A stretch of 64,000 nucleotides of DNA. Origin: Candidatus Omnitrophota bacterium (GTDB lineage: Bacteria > Omnitrophota > Gorgyraeia > Zapsychrales > JANLHA01). Positions 42,001 through 54,000 of the stretch are shown here, one piece after another. The notes below the pieces were generated by a model that had not been told where the DNA came from, did no database searches, and saw only the letters and a program-made list of their open reading frames with translations. The stretch lies in NCBI GenBank assembly GCA_022711395.1, contig JAKLFA010000005.1:44410-108409 (forward strand), given 5' to 3'. The position numbers were made by a program, and so were the translations under genes. Position 1 is the stretch's first letter. Every line of letters starts with the position of its first letter.

Positions 42001-45000
42001 CCTGGGTGTTGAGGAACGGGCGGACTGGAAAAAAACAGAACAGTCGGCTGATCTTATGCAGGCATTCAGAGCGGAGTGCGAAAGCCTTCAAAAGAAATTT
42101 CAAACAAGCGCATGGAATCCGGGGATCTTCGGATCTGCGGATACGAATGCCGCAGTGACAGGGAATCGTTATGAAAAGAGCCTGGCGAAAGAAAGGCCTT
42201 CAGGCCGCCTGTGGATGCGGGCTGTTTCGTTGGCTGCGATGCTGTCGTCAACCGCCGCTTTCGCGGCCAGGCCTTTGAGCGACACCAACCAGCTTGCTCA
42301 GGTGTCTTCTGACGCGTGCGCATTTCCGGCGCGGACATTCCTTGAAGAGGTCGAGTTTAAGATCTGCGGGTATATCCCGTTCTCAGCGGATGGAAAGATC
42401 GCGGATATTTCTTTTTCAGGCTGGGGCGAATTTTTGATCACGGCCGTTTTGCTCATCCTGACAGCCGTTGCGCTGAAGGTTATTTACACTCCTAACATAT
42501 TGAAGAAATTCGCGCTGCCGGAAGGCGTTCAGCGCGGTGTTTTGTCCGTGATTTGGGCTGGTCTGGGAGGATTGTTGGGGCTCATCGTTCTCGGCGGGTC
42601 CGACCACGGGATTTTAAGCGCGGTCCTTGGCGCCGGCCTTGGATGGTTCGTTCACAAGGTTTGGAACTTACGTGAAACAATTTATCAGCGCGCGGCAAAA
42701 AGCACGGTCATTGTTTATCTTGCTCTTGTCCCGTGGGTTCTTCCGGCGGTTCTGACCGGAACATTCGTAAACGGCCGGGCAGTATTTTTCCGGCCTGAAA
42801 ATTCTCCGGCGGCTGAAGGAATTCTACAAAAGCTTGAGAAGCCGTTCCCCGAAATCTATCAGATTGCGCGAAAGAGCGAAGTTTCGATCATATTGGCCCC
42901 GGGTTCCGTCGGGCCGTTGGCGGAAGTGTATAAACCCGTTATTGGGGCTGTCACGGTGAGGCTGGATGAGCGGGCCGTTGATCTGTTCCCCGAACAGGCG
43001 GCTGCGAATCTCGCCCACGAACTAACGCATGTTGCGCAGCGCAAAGGAAATTTTCCAGGAATTTTCGGGAATGTGATCTGGGCTTTTGAGGGAAGGGACC
43101 TTTTGGCGAATGAGAGCGAGGCCTATGAGGTTGAAAAAAAGGTGTATGACAGGATCGCTGGAGGCGCTACGTATCAAACGGTAAGCATGGTGGATCTGAA
43201 GGCGTTCTATTCTGAGACCAGTCGGGATTATGTGGTTTCGTTCTTTAAACGGATCGGTTCTTCCGTCGGGCTTGTTCTGGTGTTTTTATTCTGGCCCCGG
43301 ATCATCCTTCGGTTTAGAAGTCTCGCGAGAGGAGAAGTGTTGCGCGGCAGGGTGTCTGTGCTGGCGGATGGTGAAATCATCAGAGACAACGGATCATGGG
43401 CAAAGGAAGGTGATGGCGGGCGCAATTCCGCCTGCCTTTCCGCTGAGCTTGACACGGTCACGCGTGAGATCCTGGATATTGATTTTCCCGGGATCATCGC
43501 GCGTTCCAGAGAAAATTGGCTGCGGCTGCATCGAGAATTTTTCGGCCATTTCGCGCCTGACGGAAAGGCCTCTGACGAGGAACGAATGGCCTGGGAAGAG
43601 GCTTTGAAGACGATCAATCGAACAGCATCTTTGAAGGCCGGAACGCCGCCGATGAGGCATATTGATTTTGTTCAGCAGGCGAAAGATCTGAATAAGAGCT
43701 TTGAAATTGAGCTGCGGCAGACAGATTTCTCATATCAGCCGCGCAAAAGTCTGTTGCTGATGGCCGCGATGGTCGGGCGTATTTTGGCCGGACGGCAAGC
43801 GGAGGAGGCGCCGGCGGCCGTTGTGGGAGCGGAGATTCAACGCGTTCTGACTGAAGCGAATCGCGCTAAGAATTATCTGGGTTTTGTTTTTCCGCAGGCA
43901 GCCGGGGTCTTTTGCATTGATTATTTGACTGCCGGACTCGCTCCGGCCGGTCTGTCATCGGGGGCAGAGGACGCCTCATCCCAGGCCGGCGCTGCGAAGT
44001 GGAAGAGCGTTACGCTTATTCCAGCCTCCAGCGAAGCTCCTTTAGCGTTTCTGCGTGTTGTTTTTGACAGGCCGGTCCAGATCATCGTCGCGGGAGAGGG
44101 CTGCCCGGTCTGCGATTTCGCGCTGCTTCGTGATTTCAGAACGTTTGGGCGTTTATCTGCGCTGCGGATCACTCAAATGAAAAAAGAGGATTTTGAAGCA
44201 GAGGAGGCTTTGCGGGCGTTCACTTTTGATGAGAATACGCCGTTTGCGGACCAGCAGCGCCGGCGTTTTGCCTTTCTTAAGAGAATGGCCGACCATTTCG
44301 CCTGGCCGGTTCTGTATCGTCCATATTGGTTTACAGCGAAAAGGTTCGCTGAATCGGTGGGGCGCACGCCTCAGGAAAGATTTTTTATTGAGAAGTTCTT
44401 TGCGCTCGGGTTTATGTCCGGCGGCGGCAATGAACGCTGGCCTTATGACCGGGAGATGATCGAGTCGGGTGAAACAAAGGACTTGGTGAGAAAGTCCCTG
44501 GAGATCGAAAAAGAGGCGCAGAAGCTTCAAGTCAGGATCGGTTTTTATCAGCGCTTTGGGCTCCCTGAAGCGGCCCAGGCCCCGGGCGCTTCGACCCGTC
44601 AGCAGATCTTTGAGCAGGGCAAGCAGGTGAAAGCGAACGCGCTTCAACTGGCCGCGGACCCGCTGTTCGCGCCTTTGATGCGGATCTTTGTTACTCCCGA
44701 CGGAAACAAGGGATGGCTGGTCCATGAACGGGAGGTCAATGAGATGGTCAAGCGTATCGATCAGCAGATCGCCGCCGTTCTTTTGGCCGCGCGTCCGGCG
44801 ATCGAGGCCGCCCAGGCGCGTTTTTCGAAAGATCATCAACAGATGTTCTTATGCGCGTTGACGCAAGCATTGTTGAATATCATTCTTGGCAAGAGCAAAT
44901 ATTCCAACCGGGAGGAAATAAAGGCTTCCTTAGCGGCCGGTTATGGCCTGTCGGGAGTTGAAATTCCGTCCGTGAAGAGCGTTTTGGATGTGGCTTTTCA

Positions 45001-48000
45001 AGAAAAATTTGAACAGGGCCTCGAGGCATTTTCCAAAGAACTGCGGGATGTTCTTGAACCGAACCATGATGAAGCCATCGGCGAGGAAATCGCGAAGAAA
45101 GAATCTTTCCTGTGGGATTCGCTGGCCGGGCCGTGGGCTCAAACTTTAAGCCTTGAACTTGATCCGGTTTTGGCGGAAGTCCAGGGATTGCGGCAGCAGC
45201 TTTCCGATCCATCTCAGATAGAAGCCTCTTTGGAAACAGCGCTCCAATTGCGCTCAAGGATAAAGGAAGGCGATGTCGATGGGGCCATGACCGCGGCGCA
45301 ACGGTTGAGAGCGCAGGCGAAGGATGAAAATAAAACCAGGATCGGGAACATTCTGCGCGAGTTCGCCGTTTGGGCTGTCGGCCGGATTGAAGAGAGGCTT
45401 AAGGCTCATGATGATCAGCGGGTTGAGGAGATAACGAGACGGAGCCGCGCGGCGCTGCAGGGGTTTCCGGTTTTAGATGAATTCAATCAGCTTTTGAAAT
45501 CAGCCCGTCGACAACTGATCGAATCAGACGGCAATGCTGTTCAACCCGTCGCGCAGGATGAAAATGCGCGCGCGGCGCAGCAACTGCTGCAGGAATTCAA
45601 AGACCATTTTCATGCCGGCCGCGACCGCCTGATCCGGGAATTCCTGGAGCTTGCCGCGCAGGGCCGTGGCCTTGAATTTGAGGACCGGGAAAAGCTTCAC
45701 CGGTATTTTCTTCATCATGGCGGCGGACTGAATTATCGGGCCAAAGAATTGCTTGAGTCGGTCGAGAGACGCAAAAAGAAGGGGACCAACGCGAGCGTGT
45801 GCGGCGAGGATGCTTCCCGTCAAGAGGAAGTTCTTAAACATGACATGGAATATGCCAAGAGCTGCGGGGTTCCGCTGGATTTTCTTCAGAGCGCCAGGGA
45901 TTTTATTTTTACGAATTATGTGAGGATCGCGTGGGAGATCTTGAAGCATCTTAAGGCCGGATATCAGGGACAGGATCAGCTGTCTTCCGATTATCGCGAG
46001 GCATTTGTGCAGCTTTTCCGGCATCACGGGATCCGTTCGATCCTGGATATCGGTTTTGAATTCGGGGAATTCCTGCATATGTTCTATCCGGTCTGCCGGG
46101 ACGCCGGTGTCAGGCTGTTCGGCCTTGAAATGGAAGAGCGCCGAAGACTGGTTGTCCGGGCGGAAGAGGCTGAATTTGTTTTTGGTGACGCGGAACAATT
46201 GAACGAACATCTGCCTGGGCGGACGTTCGATCTCATTGTTGCCTCCGGCGTCTGCGGGTTCATACAGTTCCATGCCAAGACTGTTGCGCCAGCATGGATG
46301 CCTAAAAATCATCGCAGTTTACGCGAGGCCTATGAGAGCAGCATGACGATCGTTCAGCAGGGAGTCGGGGCGCTCAGCGAGCATCCTCGGGCCGCCATGT
46401 TCGTGGCGTCATTCAGCTCATTTCATCTGCTGGACGCTTCTGAACTGGAGCGAAAGGGAGTGCGGGTCTTAGTATGGAACACGGAAGAAATGCGGGTCCG
46501 CAAAGAAACGAATTCGGGCCAGGCGATCGAAAGCTCTCAGCAATATGCTTATGACAGGTATCAGGCCCGACGGATATTCAGCATTTGGAATCATGGTTCC
46601 AATGTCGCGGTGTTCGCAAAAAATAATAACGGGAGCTCTGACCCCAAGACCAACGCGAGCGTTTTGGACCCGCCAGTGATGGCTCATTTAAATGGATGGA
46701 CGCCTATCGAACGATTGAACTTTGACAGTTATTTGACGTGGGTCTTTAAGGCCGCGAAGAGAATTCCCTGGAGCCGGGGCCGGTCAACACGAGGGGTGCT
46801 TACGGTCTATTGGCTGGGTGGGGTCAACGGTAAAACAGACGTCCCTCTTGCGACATATCAGGGGCGCAGGGCCCATTTTGAGCGCCAGCTGAAAAATCTG
46901 AAAAAAGCAGCTTCGATAGCTGAACTTCGAAAGGTCACAGGATTATTGCTTGAGCACGGCTTTGTGCCCGAGCCGGAATTCGGATGGTATGCCATTCAGG
47001 TTCCCGTAGGGATCACGCTTGAAAAATGGGCGCAAAGAAATCAGGGGGATATTATGCCGGCGCGTGTTTGGCCGCTGGTCCGCGCGGTCTTTAAAGCGAT
47101 GATGGTGATGGAGCGGCATGGTTTGATCACACAGGACTTTTCGGATAGGAACGTGATTATCAACGGGACGGAAAAGCGCCCGATCGTTCACCTGCCCGAT
47201 CTTGGCAGCGTGGTTTCCCATGACGAAAAGGATTTAACGGATGAATTGATCGGAGTGACCCAGGCCTGGGCCCCGCCGGAGGTCAAGTCCTACAGCCCGG
47301 TTGCTGATCCGAGGGTCCATGTGTATCAGATGGGCAAGTTTCTCTACTATTTAGCGCTTGGCGTGTCTCGTCACGCTGAGTTGGCTTTGAAGGACACAAG
47401 TCCGCAACAGATCCATTTTATGCTCGGAAAAAAGTCCTGGGCGCCGCTTATTCCTGTTCTGCTTAAGGCCCTGGCTGTGTCGCCGGAGGATCGTTACGCG
47501 AGCGTGGCGGAGCTTTATGGGGATGTCAGAGGCCTGTTTAGCGGAGCGCCGGAATATTGGCGGCCTGTCCGCTCTCAGGAAATCGAGATCCCCATCAGGA
47601 TCATTTATGATCAGAGACAACGTGGCAACGCTTCTCAAGGAATGAATTCCGCGGTCCTCGAAGGACGGGCAGGGGAAGAAAAAGGTTCGGCTGTCCGCCG
47701 GTCGCCGGGTGAAGTTCTTCATTTGGAGGTCCCTTCCGGGAAGTGCCCTCCAGTGTTAAGGGATTATATTTCCGTTCACAACCGGATCTTGGAATTGAAG
47801 GAGGCCATTGCGCTGGGATTTTTGGAAAAGACGATCGCTCAAATCGAAAGTGGCGATGATCAGGGCCTTTTGGCCAAGTGGCGGGCGATGGAGGCCGGCC
47901 TGCGCAAGGTCTTGACGGGCCGGGGGTATGGCCTGAAGATCTTATCGGAAGATCACCCGATCACTCAGGGCCGCGCCGGTTATGTCATTGGGCGCACCAT

Positions 48001-51000
48001 CTGTTTTTCTAAAGCGGAAAGAGTGGCGGATATTTTGATGTATCTGGGGCATGAGAGCGTGCACCTTGTCAACTGGGAGGAATCCGAGGCGCGCAAGATG
48101 GATGTGCGTTTGATCATCTGGATGAAATCTCTCGTCGATGCGTTGCGCCAGAGTCCGGAGGATGCGTTTAAGCAGGCCGCGGACGCGCTGGAAAAGATCG
48201 CCCTTGATTTTGAGCTCGATATCCACACCGCGCGGCTGCAGCTTGAAGAACAGGGGACGGAATTTTTGAAGGAGCATGGGCTAGGGATGATCACGCAAAC
48301 GTCCGGGTATTTAACGGCAGTGGCTCAGTCCGCGAGCGGGGTGATCGAATCCTTGCCTGATCTGACGGCGGGATTCTCCATGCGCTTGAAGGACGTTGCG
48401 CCTTGCGCAGCGGCTGCATTTGTGCTGGAGTCTTTGTATGAGTGGAATATTTCAATTCTAAGAGAGAGCCCTTCTCCGGCGGAAGCGACCGCTGTCAGTG
48501 AGGCGACCCGGTCTTTGGCCGAGGTCTTCAGTCCTGATAAGAGATCATTATCTGTCGCTTACGCCAGAATGAACCAAGGTTACGCGAAAGGTGAGACTTC
48601 CTCGGATCAGGTCCTGGCTGAGTTGGGAGCTTTATTGGAAAAGATGGATTGTGTTCTGGAAGGGGTCCGTGTGAAGGACGAATTGACGGCCCTTCTCAAG
48701 GAAGTCCCCGGCCTGACAGAAGAGGACCTCGATATTTTGCGGAGCATGAGCGAGTACACCCTTCAACTGCAAGCGGTGCGGGCTGATACGGATAATCCGA
48801 CGAGACTTTCGTGGATCAAACAGATATTCGCCGACCATTCTTCTTTGAGCCGGCTGATGATCTTGTATTTTCGGACCAAATTTGATCCTGAATTTCAGGG
48901 GGGCCGGGAGGCTCGGGAAAAACAGCTTCAGGAGATCCGAAAGAATTTTGTGGAGGAAATGTCGGTCTCATTCCGGGGGAATAATTTTATTCACGAACGG
49001 GAAGTGATCGCGATTGCCTGGGAACTTTTGGACGCGACGGTAAAAACGGATTTTTTTGTGGCGGACCGCATATCCTTAGGGCTCAGGCTTGACCCCAAGA
49101 AGATGAGTATTTTTGAACGGAATAAAAAAGATTTTCCGGATGTTCCCTACGCGGTGATCTGGGTGCATGTGCCCTATGGCGGGTACGGTGTTCATGTGAG
49201 GTTTGAGAATGTTGCCCGGGGCGGCTTGCGCGAAATGGTGGCTGCCCGGACCCAGTTGCGGAATAAACTGCTGAATGAATGTTACAGCCTGGCTTACACA
49301 CAGAATTTTAAGAATTTGATCCCCGAGGGCGGGTCCAAGGGGGTCTTTATCCCGGCGGAGAATGTGAACCCGGTGGCTGTGGGGATCGGATATGTGGATT
49401 CATTGATCCATATGATGCAGGATCGTCCGGAAATCATCTGCGGGGGATCCATCGCTGTTGTTGATCCTTTGGAATTGGGGCCGGATGAAGGGACAGGGCC
49501 TCTTTCCACTTTGGCGACGGTCCGTGGCTGGCAAAAGGGCTTGAAGGAATGGCGGCTTTTGATGACCGGAAAGCTCGCCGTCCTGGGCGGATGCCCGCAC
49601 ATGGACAATAATGTCAGCGGTCCAGCTGTTGTTATTTCTCCGGATGGCGGGTTTTTGTCCCAGGTTGGCACTAACCGCGTGACTTCTCAGGGGGTGATGA
49701 AGAATCTAGACGAATCCTTGAAGTGGGTTGGTATAGATCCCCGGAAGCAGGGCTTGCGTCTTGGGCTTACCGGTGGGACCAATGGTGATGTGGGGAGCGG
49801 AGACCTGATCATAGCGATCGAGCGTTACGGAGAAAAAGCCAAGATCATTTATATCAATGATCATACGGCTGTGATCTATGATGAGGCCGGCATTGACCAG
49901 CAGGAGCTTTTACGATTGGTTCATGGGGGGAAAGTTCTCAGCGAGTTTGACCCTCAAAAGCTAAGATCCTCGCAGGCATTTTTTGTATTGACGCCCAAAG
50001 AATCCCAGATGGTGACGCTCACAGCCGAGCAGATCAAAAATATGAACCGGCAGGCTTTCGCCACGCTTGCCCAACGTTATGGGCGCGAAAATGTGCAATT
50101 GGTTGATTTTGACATCGCGGTCAGTTCAGAGTCAGAGCGGATATCGATCGTTCCGGCGATCCTTCGGGACAACATGATCTTTTTGGGCCGGGTCGACGCC
50201 CTGGTTCCGGGAGGGGGACTTAAGGACACGATCCGGCATGAAGATATGGATGGCCGGGTCAAGAACGTGGACATGCTTCTGGATGAGAAAGGACAGACGG
50301 TCACAAAAATCGTGTGTTATGGCGCCAATGTTTTTGCCACCAGGCCCGCCAATGACCGGATGGAAGAGATGGGGATCCTGGTCGTCCCGGACGAAAAGGC
50401 CAACAGCGTTGGGGTTTCGGTGTCGTCCCGCCGGGAAGTCGATGGGAACCTTCTGTTCAAACTGGACGAGCTTAAGAAGGCCGACGCGGAGTTCATGCCG
50501 GATCTTCTGGCAAAACTTTTGGATGAGTCCGTTCAGAAGCATTGGCTTTTGATGCGGGAGCGGTCCGCCCGCCCGGGAGAGCGCGTGGTCACGCAGATCT
50601 CACCGGACGTTTCACGGGAGATCATCCGCATCAAGAATCTTCTCATCGCGGCGGATGTCCTTAAAAACCATCCGGATCTGGCTCGGGCCTATTTGAGGAA
50701 GTATTACCCGCGGGCCGTTGAGCTGGAGCGGGTTTATGCGAGGATCCCGCCGGAGCGGCTGAAGAGCACGCTGGCCATAACGGTCGCGATGGATGTGGTT
50801 TTAAATGCCGGCATCAATTATGTGCGCCAGACAGCGTTGACGACAGGACGCACGGATGTTGAGATCGTTCTGGCGTATGCCGTTAAATCTGTGGAGAGCG
50901 GCCACACTGAGAAGAAGAAAAAGGTTTATGCCTTAAATCATGAACTTCCGCTGAGCGAACAGATCGGGCAGCTCAGCCGGATCGAGGGAGATCAGCAAGA

Positions 51001-54000
51001 GCGGGTCTTGAATGCGCTCATGAAGCCGGAAGCCTCTTCTTCGCCCAAAAATTGGGCGGTCGAAGAAGACTTTGTTGATCTTATTCGGAGGATCGTAAAT
51101 TTCACGCCGGTCCAGGAAATGGAAGCCCCTTCAAATCAGGATGAACAGGAGTACTGCTTTGAAGTCCGAAGAACGATCTTAACAACACCGTGGCGTTGCC
51201 CAATTTATGCGGCCGCTCTGGCTTTGATCGCGCAGATCATTGTGGGTCGGCTGAAAAAAGAATTTGGCAATGGCCGGCGGTGGCAGGCCCGTGTTGTGCA
51301 TGGCGTCGCAGAAGGGTATGCCGGACCGCTTTCGGATATTGATGTTTATGTGGACATTTCACAAGAGGATGTTCCTGTGGCTGAGATCAAGCGAAGGGCG
51401 GTTGAGCTCGATCAGGAAATTCTCAATCAATTACAAAAAGCCGGTCTTTTTTCGGGGTCACGAAATTTTATTGATATAAAAGTCAATCGGCCATTGACCG
51501 AGAGAGAAAAACTTTATCACACAGACTTGAAAACTATGGTTTCAACGATCCTGAGTGATTGGTGTGGTCATTGCGCCGATCCGGCTTTGAATCGACTGCT
51601 TTGCCGTTACAAGGATAAGTTCCTGCAGGATGAAAAAGAGAGCGGCGACCCGCAACACATAAATTCAGCGGTGTTACGGAAGCACGAGGGGAGGCAGCCG
51701 CAAAAAGTGGCTCTGTTGAGTGTAAATGATTTCGGGAAAAAAGATCGGTCGTCCGTTGAAGCCATGGCCAGGATTTTAGAGGAAGGCGGAAAGATTGTTG
51801 TCGGGGAACGCAACATGGCCCGTTGGCCGCGCGCCGTGCGCGCTGTTTTGGGAGACGCGAGTGTTTTTGATTTCGATTTCAATCCGGCGGGGGTATCGGA
51901 TGATACGCACGCAAGAGAATTGTTCCACTCGCTGGTCCGTGAAGGGTATCTTGTTTTTGTTGAAGGAGGCTATGTCTGGGCCAAAACACCCGACGAGGAA
52001 GAGTTGTCTTCTTTGGGATTTCAAACGCGGGAGATCGATGAGGTCTTCCGAGTCTGGCGGACGACCGAACCCGGACGGGCGGTGACGGCTGTTTTGGATA
52101 AGCTTGAAACGGAATCCTCCATCTATGCCGTATTGTGCGGCGGAAAACTGGACAGCTGCCTGTTTGTGGTGTTTTTAAAGATATTGCACTATGCCTCTCG
52201 GCGCACAAAAGACCTTCGCGTGATCATTAATGAGGAGGCGGTGAGCTTTTATCCGGGAAAAAGCGTTGAACAAACTTTAAAGGAGCGTTACTTTCCCGCC
52301 GTCAGGCGTTTGGGAATAGAGCCGTCTATCGAATATTTTGATGAAGAATCCACGCAAGGGCCATCAGGACAAAGGCCTGCCGTGAGCTTCAGGATCTATC
52401 CTTCAACATCAGCGTTTCGGATGGATGTTCTTTCTGGCGGGGATCGGTCTTCCGTTCCGCAACGCGCGACACGGCTTGGCTGCTGGGCCTTTGTTCCGTC
52501 GCTTATTTTCGCTACATCAGCTCAGGCCGCGCCTCATCCTGCGCTGACAGGAGGGGGGGACGGATTGCCGTTCTTGATCAATCTGGCCGGGTTTGTCTTT
52601 TTTGTCGCCTGGGTCATGTCGGCCTGGAATAAAAGGTTTTTGTACGTTTGGTGGCATAAGGATTTCTTTTTAACAGTCGGATGGGGGCTGACGACGGTGT
52701 TTGGCCTGTTCCCGCTTTTTTGGGGCACGATTCCCGATGAGCAAGGCAGGTATGTTTCCTGGGCGTGCGCGACGGCGTCTCTTTTCTTGAATCTTGTGTT
52801 AAGGGTGGCCACAGGCTGGATGGAGTATAGGGAAGGGAGGAGGCATGAAGAGGAACGACAAATAAAGACGGGAGAGCAGAAAAAAGTTTTCAAAGATCCT
52901 GATACTTCGAAAGACTCGAAGGAAGGTAAAACCAACGCCGCGGTGCTGAGAACGGATGAGGCAACGGGCAGCAGTCAACCCTTGGAGCAGCCGGCGCCTT
53001 TATATATGGGAAGCGACCAGAAGACCCGGAGTTCTCTCTTCAGGGTCGGGGCGCCCGTGTGCGCAAACTGCGAGATCTTTTTTGTGCGCGCTCTCCGCAA
53101 CCGGGCGCTTCAAAGAGAAATCGTCTGCGATGGAGAGACGCGCCGCAATGGGAGCCGGTATTCGAGGAAAGTGTTTTTGCATCGCCAGGAGGGAGACCTT
53201 TCTGCCGGAAGAGAGATTGAGTTTGCTGTTTTACCGTCCATAAACAGGCTTGGATATTATGGAAAGCCCCTCGGCCTTCTTTTGACGCCGATTATGATCA
53301 ATGGACGGTCTTTGCATGGGATGATCGCACTTAAGGAAAGGCTGTTTGGGAGATGGGTCCTGCGCCGGCATTCGGCGCTTTTACGCCTGCTGGAGCTCAA
53401 TGGTTTCGGGCCTCAGATATGGGACAGGATATTCGCTGATGAGGCTTTGACTTACGAGGAAATTGAAAAACTCCAGGGACTTAAAAATTTTCTGCTCGGT
53501 TCTCCGCTGCGGATCCAGGTCCGGCAAGGTATCGATATTAAAAATCCTGAGGAATTTGCGGAGTTGTGCTACAAGGGGACCGATCATCCGTTTTCGTATA
53601 TTGATGTTATTCCTGCGCAGGAAGATTTAAAGAGAAACCCTTCTTTGGCGGGAGAGGAGGGGCCTGATCGTCGCAACTCGTCCATTTTACCGGAGAGAGG
53701 GGCAGAGGCTGTGGCTGACACAGACGCAGTGCAGGAGGCTGATGAGGAGTCGGGCTGGTCTGTCGTCCGGGAACTTTTAACCAGCCGCTTATATCTGAAG
53801 AAGACGATCCTGGAGAATGTCCCTGTTCCGCCGCCTGCCGTGCAGATCAATGCCAGCGATCTTTGTAACAATCATTGCCTTCAGTGCATCGGCGCGGTGC
53901 TGGACCGGGAGAAAGGTTGTCCTGCAGAACTGGAAGCGGCTGCGAAGGTCATGCAGTCCGATGAGATCGACATGCTCATCAACGATCTTGAAGCGTATAA

